A stretch of DNA of 63,996 bases, filler included, from Rhabdomonas costata (taxonomy: Eukaryota): assembly GCA_019059605.1 (NCBI GenBank). It is 15 parts of 15 records of this genome, joined end to end, with 100 filler letters (N's around TTAATTAATTAA, not from the genome) between each part and the next. Parts side by side here need not be neighbours in the genome. Positions count along the whole stretch, not along the records: positions 42,752 to 46,939 come from JAHMHO010000330.1; positions 47,040 to 51,389 come from JAHMHO010000331.1; positions 51,490 to 55,653 come from JAHMHO010000332.1; 12 more parts are not named here. One strand, given 5' to 3'. The first letter of the stretch is position 1; every line of letters begins with the position of its first letter. Positions 42,752-55,390 of this stretch are shown one piece after another. The position numbers and the translations under genes were made by a program. Below the pieces are notes generated by a model. That model was not told where the DNA came from. It ran no database searches and saw nothing but the letters and a program-made list of their open reading frames with translations.

Positions 42752-45700
42752 TTGTTTGTTGTACGCCGAGACCGCTTCAGAGTGTTCGTCGGACGTGGAT
42801 ACCAAAGTTCTGTGCAGAGGGATTGGAGTACAGAGATGATTATGCGGAGCGGAGTAAATGGAAAAATTTCAGAGTTTTGACCTTTGAAAGCAGACACATT
42901 TCAAAGGAACAGTGAATGTTAAGCGCTTTAGACGAGTCTTACTTTTTCAGAGGGATAGAAAAAGAGCAGGCTCTACTGTCCACATGTCATCCAAGAAGAG
43001 TTTATGCAGACAGATGATAAGGAAGACGACTCAGATCATGATATGGGCGAACCCAGCGGGGCTCCAGTTGCAGATAGCAGTGCCGGTGGAGGTACACAAC
43101 AGAGTGTGGGAGTTGCAGCCCTACCAACCCAAGGGACAAGTGAGAGCGGAGATAAGAGTTCAACAGACAATTGTTGCACAGTAATGAGCTTGAGTGTGAA
43201 GTGTGCAGAGGTCATTCGAGATCCATTGGCAGCTCTCAGAGATCACGTTGATGATGATGAGTAGGCAGTTGATGCAGAGACGAGGAAAGGGCGGACCTTG
43301 AAAAGGAAGCGAGGGCCGATATCGGCCTCGGGTCCACCCCCAGCGGTCAAGAGAGCAATTAAAGAGCCAGTGAAGCCTCAGCTAAATTTACGGATCCAGA
43401 CATGGAAGATTCCGTTGCTGCAGAATGCAGAGTCCAGAGGTTGTGAGGTTTGCGGTCCAGATGATCACACAGACGGCATGGGAGTTAGAGTAATGGACTA
43501 TGAGCCGACAGAGGAGTTATTGGGAAAGAAGTTATTTCTCAGAATGGATTGTTCCAGAGAAGAGACCCCGGCTCCACAGAGTGTGGTGATGAGGCTAAAA
43601 CCACTGAATATTTTCACAGGGTGTGCTTATAAAGTGTGGTACCCGTTTGTGCCGCCGAAGGACTTGGCCGCTGCCAGAGCAGTCGTGCCAGCGTCCCCGG
43701 CATCACCAACAAGCGTAGTTGGAGGAGGACGATACAGAGGTACATCCAGTTGACGTGGAAGGAGTAGAGTGGCAAACATGTGCGGGAGGTAGGTTTGATA
43801 ATACAAACAAAAGAAAAATGAAAGAAGAGGCAGACATGGTGAGGTGGTTTTGTAAATACCCAGTGTTGGACAATCCAGAGAGGATTATGGTGATTGATAT
43901 GGAGTTCATAGAATACTCGAGTGATGTGGTTGAATCCAGAGTTCCACATGATCAGACCGTTACATGGATAAAAGGCAGAGGAGCGGTGTGCGCAGGGAGT
44001 ACTTTGAATTACCTGTGTGCAAATTTGGACTCGCCACCGTTTTGGTGTGTTAAGAACTTCAGTAACACCAGGCAAGGGTGGACTTTTGAGCAGTTTGTTT
44101 CTCTTGCAGAGTACCATATGAGTGGGAAAGGCCCAGTTGGACAGTGATGTTGCCGACAGAGTTGGTGTGTGCTTACAGAGTTCCAGATGGAGACAAAGTT
44201 TACTTTGCCGTCTGCGAAGTACACCTACTGATCGGTGCGAAACATTATCTGTCCAGACCCGAGTTTGATGACCCATCCAGAGTGATTAACGAGGTGGACC
44301 GGAGTTGTTGGTGGTATGCAGAGAACAACGTTCACCAGTTAAGATACAGTTCTGGAGAGGCGGGTACGACGTTTGGGCAGGCTTTGCAAAGATTGAAGTC
44401 GGCGGTTCGGACGATGAAGCCGGATAAGATAATGGTTAGGGGGAATCCAGAGGAGGCGGAGTTGCTGAGCAAATATTTCGAGTTGGTAGGACTTCCAGAC
44501 CATCCACCGATAGTGGCGTGCCCCAGAGTAAGAGTGAAGCAGCCATGTGCGTTGTCTCCAGAGGTCCAGAGCAAATTGCTGCATCAATTCAAGTTTGCTG
44601 TGAGGACTACAAAATCATGCCCCTTGGGACAGCATGTGGGGATTTCGCGTTTCCAGAGAGAGGACAAGGTGGACCACTGTGCCGTGGTCGAGTGCTTGTA
44701 TTACTCAGTGTATGAGTTGCCATGTTCCAGAGTGTGAAGTTTCACAAATGACCGGTACCCGACGTTTTTCCGACACTGTGCACTTGACGAGAGAAGGTCC
44801 ATTCCACAGAAGCCAGGGAGAGGAGAAGACTTGCTGAGCAAGTACCTAACATATTTTGGACCACCGCCTTGTTGAGGTTCTAGAGAGTTGCACAGAGCCG
44901 GAGAGTTTCAGAGATGGAAGATCCTTCCACAGATGGTGTTGATCAGAGCTAAGGTTTTGTGACTGATTCCAGAGATGTGCTATGTGTATTCTGATTCCAG
45001 ATGTGTGTGCGGTTGCGTGGTGTTTCCAGAGGGTATGTGGCGTGTTTCCAGAACGTGTTGTGTGATGTGGCTTCTTTACAGAGCGTGTGTTGTCTGCGTG
45101 TTGCAAAGTGAGTGGAAGCTTACACAGGTGATTTTTCACAGTTTTCCAGAGCTGTACCGTCATGAGTGAGCGGCAATCGCCCGTCTGTTGGGACGTTCTC
45201 CGTCCTAGCATGGGAGCGTGTAACGGTCCAGGTCACCAAAGTGTTCCTCATTCCAGAGGTAGACAGCCAGAACATCAAGGTGTTTACAGAGACTAGTTTC
45301 CAGAGGTTTAATAGAGATTCCAGAGGGCCTACAATGTGAGCGGAGACGGAGGTCAAAGCTCAGCATCTCGTGAGCCAGCTCCTGGCCAAACGTTAGGCCA
45401 GGCTACCTATCTACAGCTGGTATAGAGAGCAGAGAAGAGTATGGCCAGGTGAGAGACGGATGGCCGATAGAGTGACAGTGGGAGAAGACCCCGGGTGAGA
45501 CAGAGAGCCAGGCCACTGGAGAGAGGCCGCATGGAAGGGAATGCGTGCACACGACCCGACTGCAGCGATTCAGGTGGTATGTTTTCGGAGTTTTTGCAGA
45601 GGAATAAGGATGCATCCACAGCGTTTTCCAGAGTTTTCACATGTTAAAGAGACGAGGAGGCCGAGATTTCAGAGGATTTTCACAGACAAGGCCTCAGGGG

Positions 45701-46939
45701 ATGCAGGCGGAGAAGACGGACAGTGTGGTGTGTTACACAGCTGCAGTTTGAAAGGTGATGGGTCCCTTCTTTTGTCTATGATTTCAAAATTTACGTTAGG
45801 TGTTGAAGAAATCCAAAACCTTGTCAGGTCGTTTGTTTTCCAGAGTGTTTTTCTCGTTATTTTAGCCTTTTGTTGTTACAGAGGTGCCCTAAAAGAACCA
45901 CAGCAGAGCCGCAGGCCAGAGCCGAGCGGAGACCAGGAGGGCCAAGCAAGTGTACAGATGGTGGTAGAGTTGCAGAGAGTGTGGGGGGTGGAAGGCTGCA
46001 GAGTTTACACAGGACATGAAGTGTGTGTGAAGTCGTGTGCCACTTCCACATCCTTCTCTTTGGGAGGAGATCTGGGAAAGGCATAAGCGGCGAAAACCGC
46101 CCAGCGGAACACCTCCAACAACCAAGAAGGTGTGAGCCCTAAGGTCCGACAATTCGACCCCACCTGTGTCCAGAGCAGCCTCCCGGAGCCACACGTGCAT
46201 CTCCCCACCTCCACCCTCATTTGCAGAAGCTGTGCCACCAAAAGTTTCCAAATTGCAAACCGGCTTGGTGAAGGCAAGTGGTCGGCGCCCCCCTCCCAAA
46301 TTTCAGAAAGGCGACGCTCGAGGAAAGCAGCTCCACAGCGACCCCCTGGAAGTGAAGAATGGAAGCCACGGTCTGGGTGCGGGACACCCAGGTTAGTCGA
46401 GACAGCGCCCACCTTGTGCAAGCAAGTTCGGGATACAGTTCAACGCAAGCAGGATCCAGAGGCATCACCACCTCCAGAGGTAGGAGCCACGTAAGTGTTC
46501 CCGCAATATCGTTGGAGTGTGACAGGTGGTAGCAGAGGGTTGATTACTACCCACTTTGAGCGCAGCGGGCAAGGAAAGGTCTACCTCGTTGACAAGTGGT
46601 GGCAGAAATCGTTTGAAAGGTCCAAGACCATAAAGATCCTACTTCAAATTTTCAGATCTTTGATGGCGTGTGGTAGCAGCGAGGCCAGAAGGGCCTGGAA
46701 TAAACATCTACAGGGTGCGTGTAAGTTTCAGAGTTCGGCAGCAGGCGACCGAGTCTACAGAGTTCAGGGGACGGCTGATTTCAGAGGGGTCGAGTTCATC
46801 TCATCCCCCCCCCCACCTGAGTGGATGTCAGCCAAAATCCAGAGGTGGGTTCCGATTTGATGTCAGGAAAGTCGCCACATCCAAAGCCGAGTGCACCCAC
46901 CGTACCACAGATGGAGCAGACTTTTCTTAACCAAAAACC
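42752..46939 (+). mobile_element. Unclassified repeated (transposon- or virus-like) element saturated with CAGAG
   Basis: No host-type exon/intron structure. Fragmented ORFs, a diverged second copy at 9450-10357, and about 60 CAGAG on the + strand. No termini or transposase visible. Confidence 0.5.
43298..44737 (+). pseudogene. Maelstrom-like DEDD/RNase H-fold nuclease, split over three ORFs (43298-43753, 43719-44147, 44144-44737)
   Basis: Ordered motifs IMVIDMEF, LPTELV, WYAENNVHQLRYSSG, IMVRGNPEEAELL, CPLGQH and HCAVVEC match the DEDD motif I plus E-H-H-C layout of Maelstrom-type domains. Recognised by eye only. Confidence 0.6.
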
Positions 46940-47045
46940 NNNNNNNNNNNNNNNNNNNNNNNNNNNNNNNNNNNNNNNNNNNNTTAATTAATTAANNNNN
47001 NNNNNNNNNNNNNNNNNNNNNNNNNNNNNNNNNNNNNNNTGGTTG

Positions 47046-47072
47046 GTGTGTGTGTGTGTGTGTGTGTGTGTG
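47046..47072 (+). repeat. (GT)n microsatellite at contig start
   Basis: Uninterrupted GT dinucleotide run. Confidence 0.85.
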
Positions 47073-47536
47073 GATCTTCTCCATCAATGAAAAAAGTGGT
47101 TGTTGGTGGAAAAAAAGTATTGGGGTGGTCAGGGCACCGACACTGCAGGAGGACCGTGAGAAGGTGCCTCTCACGTCAATGATGTATCCGGTATGCGGCT
47201 GCGGTGCATGCATACCGAAGTCGTCATCAGGGGCGTTGTGGTGGATGCGGTGCCAAAAGGTTTGGGGTGGAGAGCGGATGGCCACCTGAAGCCTCCCCCG
47301 CTCAAGCAAATATGCACTAATATGCACCAATATGCGTTAACACCACGCGTTGCGTTGCGTTTTTACGCTTTGTTTGTTCGTTCGTTTTCTGGTTGTACTG
47401 GTGCTGATGCTTGCACCTTTGACAGGCAACTTGAAAGCTGACTGTGGCGCCATTGCGAGGTGAATGGCTCCGGACAACTACCGGCTGCCCCCCCCCCGTC
47501 GAGCCCACACTATGCGGCTGCCCTTCTTGCCTTACA

Positions 47537-50500
47537 GAGCTGCCGCAGCTGTGGGGGGTGTCTGCGAAGTGGGCCTGTTCTGAGGGCGCTCCCCCCGCAG
47601 CTCTTCTTTGTGGAGCAGTCCAAGCCGGACTGTGGGGTGGATCCCAGTGAGCAGTTCGTCCTGCCGGGCGAGCACAAGTGCTATGTCTACTAAGGCATAA
47701 TACCGGGGGAAATGATGCTCCTTCTTGTGGAAGCTGTTCTTGATACGTCACCGCGGTTTTGCACTGCGTGCTCAATTCCTCTTTGCCTCTGGCAGGGATT
47801 GAGAGGGATTCAGAGTTGTGCAAGAGGATGAGAAATGGAACAAAAAAATAAGAGAGCATTCCACCATCACGGTTTGCGGTTCTGACCTATTTGTGCGGTG
47901 GTTTGGCTGGTTTTATGGTTTTTCCGACAGTTTTACCGCTGTTTTAAATGGGCTCGACACGGAGTTGGAGTTGTCTGTGGTGTTGTGGTGGATCATTTAT
48001 TGCCTTGTTGTTGTTCTTTGGAGGGGGGGGGGCTTTGCTTCTCCCAAACCCGGGTTCCCGCGTTGCATCTCGGAGGTATCCCTTTTTCCCTTTTTCCCGT
48101 CCTCACGTTAGTGTTTGCTTCGGTTATATCAGTGGGGTTTCTCTTCCTTTCCCCCGACCCCTCGCTTCGCCCAAGATGCTTCGAATCCTCACCCCCACCC
48201 TCCTTCTGCACCGGTACGCAGGTGCCCGTAACAGCCACGAGCAGCAGTGCAGTGGCCAAAGCCGCGTATTTCACTGTGGTGCTGCCACAAGGAAGGCTTG
48301 TTGTGGTGCGTCCCTTCATTCCCTTCCAAAGCAACTCTGCAGAACGGCAACCTTCAGCCCCGTTTTGTGATGCAGGCCTCACAGGTCAATGGACATCTGC
48401 AGGGGGGCCCTCCCCCTCATTTTTGATGCTTAATTCTCACTTTTCTCTGGAAGTCTGCGCAAACCAGTCTTTTTTCGGGTAGAATTTTCTTCGTATTCTT
48501 CAGAAACCACGATATGCTTTTCTCGGTGTTTTTTTTTGTGGTGTGTGCCTTGCCCACAAGGACCCCTTTCCTATCCCGTTCCTGTTTACTGGATTTTGCC
48601 CTGGGGGCGAGCTATCCCCAACCCTGCTGGCAGCGCTCCTTCATCTTAAATTCGGGGAAAGGCGAGGGGAAGTGTTCCGAACCTCCCGGCCTATGGGTTG
48701 GGCTCGCAAGGTATGGAGGTTTCAAGGGTAAAAAATGGCCTCGAATGCTGTTCTTGATGGGGCACTATTCCTCGACATTTTTCTGGCTGCCTCGGTCTGC
48801 TCGGCTTGATGCCTTTGAATCGATAACCCCCTGCGTGCATGAGCGGGCAGAGGGAAACGGTAGGTTGCTTTGCACGAGGTTTCACGCGATGCGAGTGTCT
48901 GCCACGACGTTTTGGCCGCAGTGGAAAGGTGGAAAGGTGGCAAGCCTCTCTTTTCGCTCCGCCCCTTTGTATTTTTGGGGCAGTTGATTTTTTATGAGAA
49001 AATGGGTGGCCCGTTGTCATCAGAAATTACCACTGCAGTCGGTCGGCGGTCCTGGTATCTCTTTCCCAATCAGGTTGGGACTTTGTACATGCGCTGGACG
49101 TGCGGCGGGGATAGCAGGGGACAGCAGGCAAGACCGCGCCTTCTCCTTCGGGGCAGAGATACGTCCAGCGTATCGCTGTGCGAAGTCGCGAGGGGATATT
49201 GAGCGTTGATCGCGGGGCAGGGTTCTGCATTGTGCAGCTTCCTGTCGCCAATGCTGCCGATGCTGGTGCGGTGGGACCATGCCCTAACCACCGCTTGAAG
49301 GTACTGGATGCAGCTTACGCCCTGCCCGGCCCTTTCACGGCAAGCTCCCAGTGAGGGCAGAGCACTCCTTGACTGGGGAAGAACGGCTTTCACTTCGGTA
49401 ACTTTGCAGCTGAATGCTGAGCACTCAAGATGGACACTGTGCAGCGTTTTTGGGACGCGTTTTGTATTAAGAAGACCCCAGGCCTACTTTGATTTAGTAC
49501 TTAGGATGCTTTTGTTTGTTTTCTTAGCTTTGTTAGTACTCAGGAATTTATTGGGTAGATCACACTTTTACTGGTATGAAAATTCGGGTCGTGTTTTCCG
49601 CTTCACAGTAATTAAACATGGCACCACGTCGGAAAATGAGGGTGCTAAGATAGTTGGGGTTGTGGGGAAATTTGTTGTCCTCTGCAGCGGTCTGCATGCT
49701 GTTGTGACGATGATGTGGGATGTGGTGCCGCGGGAAAGGAAGCGCAGTGAGCAGACGTGGCGCAAGACGGATGTGGTGGTGTGGGTGCATAAGTTAGTAT
49801 TGGCATTGGGTGATGTCCTTCACCCAAGCTTCGCTTGATATTCTCTCTGGAGGTGCCAAACTCAGTGTACCGTCTCAAACGCTTCCAACGTCTTTTTAAT
49901 TGCACGAATGAAGCAAATAAATTCCGCTCTGTAACACGCCAATTCGTCAAGTCGGTCACCCTCTTGAATTTGTGGTTGGGGGTGGGCTTATGCATAGGAT
50001 CTGCTGCGACCATCCTATACATAATTCTCCAGAGTTTAGAGCCTGCCCTCCCTCTCATACACGCATATTGGAGTCGAATGTGTTCCGATTCCTAGTCCAG
50101 TGTCCCAGGGTTCAGCAAGGTGCAACGGGGGCTCCACACACTCCGCAATAGTCCATAGAAACGAGAAAGGTGCAAGCAGAAGTGAAACTAAATTAAGCGG
50201 GGGCAACTGCACCTTTTCCTAACTCCTCAATAAAATCAGTACTGCTATCCCGTGGTGCACGATTAAGAACCCCCCCCCTCCAATGCAAATCTTCTGTTGG
50301 ATCCCTGAGTGTAGATGCACCGCCAGCTGGTGGTATTCCTGAGAGGGGGTAATAAAAATGGAAGATCTGGTTCTGAAGTTTCCACTTCCGATCCAAGTTC
50401 TCATCGACCGCTATCGAGTCCCTTATCCCTCCGCAATGGCCGCCTCATCAGGTGAACTTGGCGTTCTTCATGGCAAAGCACGCGAAGGCCCTGGGGTTGC

Positions 50501-51345
50501 CTGCGCTGTGTGACCAGCCCACGTTCGCCCAGGTGGAGCCCCTGGTGGAGGGCCACCTCGTGGACATCGTGCCGCCCAGCGAGGGCACAGGCCAGGCCTC
50601 CCCGGTGGACGTCTACCACCTCTCCTCAGAGCGTGGCGGCCGTGCCGGAGAAGAGTGGTCTCTTTTTCTCATTGTTTCTATGTGTTTTATCGATTGCCAT
50701 GCGGAAGGTCCGCGGATCCTCCCACCCACCAGCTCCGAAGCGACGCAGCGTCCTGCTCTGGCCTTTTGAACACTTCAGACCAACATATGCAGGCAGCCCC
50801 GATAGGTCCCTGTGGAAGGTATGCGTTTTGAACCCGTCCTAGCCGAAGGACGGGTGGGCAGGTGGTGGAATGGTGCGGTCAGCTGATGCTGGGCGTGTCG
50901 TTCCCCGGCATGGAGGAAGTGAACTTGGCAAAAGTTTAAGCCATTTGGAACTTCATTCATGCGAAGCTTTGCTTCAGGAACTCTTATGAGCTTTTCAGTG
51001 ACGCTTTTTGTCGTTCGCGATTTGCTCGCCTCTCAGCGTCTTCCACCGCACTGCGAAAAAGACAGACACCACTTTGATAAGTATAAGCAGCAACAAAGAA
51101 GTTGCACAAAAATCCACAAAAACCCAAAAATAGTCAAAAGTTTTCATCGATGAAGAATGGACGCTGCCCTCTGGTTCCGATACTCCTGCCGAGTGTGAGC
51201 CAGCAAGTCTGTCTTGAATCCGGGGTCTTCTCTTGACCTGCCGTTCTTTTACGTTACAGGATGTACGCCATCAGCCCATCTGCGAAGGACGCCGCGTTGA
51301 AATGGAAAGAGAAGATCAGCTTGGACGTCCGCCTCTATTCCAGAG
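47537..51345 (+). CDS. Probable exons of one or more hypothetical proteins
   Basis: GC-rich CAG-preceded segments at about 47537-47690, 48222-48292, 50452-50631 (VNLAFFMAKHAKALGLPALCDQPTF) and 51260-51345. Cannot be joined or named. Confidence 0.3.
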
Positions 51346-51805
51346 GCACGCAATTCTCTCCCTCCCCCCGGCCCGGTGGTTGAACACCANNNNNNNNNNN
51401 NNNNNNNNNNNNNNNNNNNNNNNNNNNNNNNNNTTAATTAATTAANNNNNNNNNNNNNNNNNNNNNNNNNNNNNNNNNNNNNNNNNNNNGTGTTGGGTGT
51501 GGTTGGGTGTGGGGGTGGGGAAGAAGTGCGTTAATGAGGAAATCCAGATAGCAGAGTGTTGAATAGAGGATGAGAGGACAAGAGCATGGCCTCAACTTGG
51601 GGCTGTTGTGTTTCTTTTCCGGAATGGATGGAGGTGGAGCCAAACTAAACGGTCAAAAGGTTTCCAAACCTCTTAAACTAAAATTGCACCTTTCAGGGGG
51701 TATTGGCGCAGTTTACCTCGAAACGCATCATAAACAATGCGCAAATCTGAATGGATGTCCTTCGCTCGTTTGACGAACCGGAGACAAGCAAACGCTCGGT
51801 AACCT

Positions 51806-54800
51806 CCCCTGCCCACTCGCTCGAATACCCACCTCCGGGTTGGTAGTGTCCGACTCGATGCGTGTAGCACCGATGGACCGTGAGGCCCCGCCCAAGGCGG
51901 CGTTCAAGACCCTGTCCGTGAACCGGCACTTGCCGTGCTCCACCACGACGTTCATCGCGGTGTACACCTGAAGGTGGGGAGGGGGCTGGGGTGGCGTTCG
52001 CTTTCCTGCGTCTTTCCTCCTTAGGCACAAAAAAATTTTATGCGATGCATACGCTGGCCACCGCAACCACGATCAACAGAATAAACCCCCAAAAACTTCC
52101 TTGACAGACACCGAGGCACCAAAAACAACTGGGGACAAAGAGCTTCGGGACAAGGCTCCCGCCCATTTTCGCATCACTTGTCACGGGTGTGCTTCGGCGA
52201 CGTATTTTCGCTTGGGGTGAGCAGATGAGGATACCTCCCAGGAGACCTAAGCAAAATGGGTTCAGTTGGTGACAAGCTTGCCGGGTACAAACCCGCGGAA
52301 CTCGAAAACAAGGAAGGTAGGGTCCGCAGAGAGCAAGAGACTCTGGGTGCAATTAACAACGGCGCACGCGCACGCGGGGATAGCTCTCCTGGCATCTTCC
52401 CCTTTCCACAGCGACACACCGCAGAGTGGAGCTGCATGATGTAGCCGTACAATCGCTCAATTTGGGCCCGCTGATCGGAGATGGTACCTTCGAGATTCAC
52501 CAAAGAACCATGCAAATCTCTCACTACAGCAAAATCAAAAAATACACCCTGTAACTCACCTATATAGAATGCCCAAAACAAAACAACTGGAAATATAGCG
52601 TGATAACCTCGAAACCTGGATGTCATATTCATGCTGGATGGCATATCCATTTGTGTAGCCAAAAAGCCATTTTTTCCAATTTTTATTCTTTCGGCACCCT
52701 TCGTGCCTTTCGACCTTTTTTTCGCGCATTCTTACCATCGTAAATTTCTGCGCGCATCTGCCCCCATGGACTTTTCAATTGAAAAATTGGCTCAAACCTC
52801 AAAATAGAGAAAAAGAGGCATGGGGGATAGCCCACCTGAGAGCTCGGCCTGGCGCCGCGCAGCCTGCTGCTCACACTCTTGGATCTTGAGGGCATACTGC
52901 GTGGTGACGTCGGCCATTAGCAGCTGCTGCGGCTGGACTAGGGTGGCCTGCACCCCGGTCTCCACGCATGCCGCGTACCTCCGGCTGTGCTCCAGCTCGA
53001 TCAGCGCCCGGATGTGCCCGCACTGCACTTTGGTCATCTCCAGCACTTGGGCCATTACCCGAGTCAGCGTAACCTGCGGGAGAAGGCGCGTGCTTGTGTG
53101 TTTGCGGAGCAGCCGGCAAGGATATCAAAAAAGATCTCTCTCCTTGGACAGCAGGAAGGAGTCCATTTTTCAGACTGGGGTGGGTTTTTGCACCAGACGA
53201 GTGTATTTTTTCCTGTTCCCCTTCTTTTGCTGTTGGCATGACCAAAGCGGTGTGCGCTGAGCGGATAGTTCTGACTGACGCGCGGCTGTGGTGGTGCGCT
53301 GAGGGCTCCATGCCTTGAGGGCTTCTCCTCTGCTTTTGTGCCCGGTATTGGATGGAAGGAGTGGCGCAAACGCTCCTTGGGTGCTCACCTCCCAAGCTAT
53401 GTATCACAGGTGGTGCCACGGTGCTGTGATGCGCGAATCACCTCCTTATCTTTTTCGGTCAATGGAAACTGCCCCCTCAAAATTGACACTATGATATTAT
53501 GGATTGCGTGGGGTGCCATCCCGTGCCAAGATTTCAAGAGCAAAAAAGTGCGCCTATGTCCGTATGAAATAAAGCGACCGACAGATCGCGACTGCCTGTC
53601 TCTGTATACGCGAGTCTCAAGGTATGCCCGCTTGCGGTTGCGGGACAATAGTCTTCGGTTCGCGAGTCACGATATGAAGATGCCAGAGGACCCGACTCCC
53701 GAGCCCTTAAGCATCGGCAACACGAGTGCCATCTATGTTCCAGCAGAATGGGTAGGTAACAGCGAACGACCTTCTGAGCAATTCTGGCTGTTCTGGGGTT
53801 TGGGGTCATGGCGCCGAAAAAGAGAGGTACGTGTGTAGATGGGACCTGCTGGTGGAAATCGGGATGAAATCACTCCCTAACCCCCGCTTCCCACAGCACC
53901 TGGGTCTCTTTGAGCATCTGGGTCTGTCTCTCAGCAGGAAGGGCCGCCCAGACCGAGGAGATCACCCCGTCGTACATACCCTTCAGCTCGCCAATGCCAG
54001 CGAGCATGCCCTCGTACATGGCTAGCACGGGCTTGGAAAACACCGACCTGGGAAGCCAACACAAACAGCGCGGAGACTCGCTGAGCCGGGCAGCCCCAAG
54101 GTATCTTGTTCCTTAATTTTCCACTCGGTGATTCCCGAGGGTCGTCGGGGGCGTCGGGTCAGTGGGAATGACTAGTCAGCCGAAACAGGAGCCTCATCCA
54201 GCTGAAACGCAGGAGTGCTCAAGCAACACCTTTCTTTTAGATTAGCTTTTAGGTGAGTAAGGTGCAAAAAAAAAAAGAGTGACTGAACACTGCTGCGTCT
54301 TTATCTTGATAATCACACCTCGGCTCGAAGGGGGGGGGGTTTGCTATTGAAAGGGCTTGGCTCAGTTGTTGGCTGGGTTTGGAATACCCACAACACCCAA
54401 AGCGGGAAAGTACCGGGTGAGGAGTGACTGTGAAGGCATCCTCTCCCTGAGCTTCAGGTCAAGGCTGAGCCGAGTGCACTTGGACAGGGATGGCCTGATG
54501 CAAAGTAGAGGACTGCTTTTCACTCAGAAACCCATCCGCTCTGCTGCTTAGAGCTTGTCGCACCAGATTCTCGTGAGAGCGTGCGCGAGATAGAGATTAG
54601 AGGTGCCTGGAAAAGATCTTTTTGAACTGCTCGACGTCGTCCAAAGGGACGTACGAGTAGAAATTCAGCGGTACCGCGGGCCGATCCACCCCACCTGTGC
54701 TTCTCCGGCGGCCAGTGTTTTGCCATGGGAACACCCCAGGGCTAAGGGTGGCCTTGCTGACACCACCGGTTCCCCCTGGGGTAGCCTCAACCGGTCCGGT

Positions 54801-55390
54801 CCCTGAGAGCAGAGAGGCCGAGGAGCCTGACTTCTGCATCGGGGTCAAGGTCTCGTAGACGCTCAGCTTGCGCTGCGTGTCGGTCAGCTTTGCCTTCAGC
54901 ATGGTCACCCGGGCCGCCATGGAGGTGCCCTGGTCCATAAGCAGGTTGTGAAGGAAGGAAACAGAACCAGTGGCTTGAAGGACTCGCCTCGATGCGGAGG
55001 CCGTGCTTTCGATGTTATGGCTCCATTACATACCACCCACCGCACAAGCCTGTGGTCTGGTCAATTGTCCAGAAATTGCGCAATGAGAGGAGCTACGCAA
55101 AAGCGCACGTGGGTAATGGAAAAGGTCAAGAAAGGATACCCTAAACGTCTGAGATACCCATGTTTATCCCCCGTCAAACCTTTACAGCACAGCACTTGGT
55201 CAAACCAACAAGAGTCCACTCCTTCCTTTTGATTTGCCATTCCAGACTTGGTGGCCATAGACCCCCCCCCCGAGGTGCTGGGGTTTGCGCACGCGAGTAC
55301 CTGGTGGGGATCCTCCTCCTCCATACGCTCCCGCTCGTGGGACTCAGCGACCCGCTGGGACCAGATGCTGGAAAATCTGTGCGCGGAGAT
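51806..55390 (-). CDS. Hypothetical coiled-coil protein, internal exons
   Basis: GC-rich exon-like segments at about 55300-55390, 54607-54930, 53899-54047, 52836-53073, 52418-52485 and 51806-51967, mostly AG/GT-bounded, with heptad-like peptides such as MLKAKLTDTQRKLSVYE. Confidence 0.55.

Noticed and set aside
49645-50400. Possible LINE C-terminal remnant on the minus strand (CGVCG...TLGH, KLWRIMYR)
   Set aside because: Fragments are in different frames with no reverse-transcriptase motifs.
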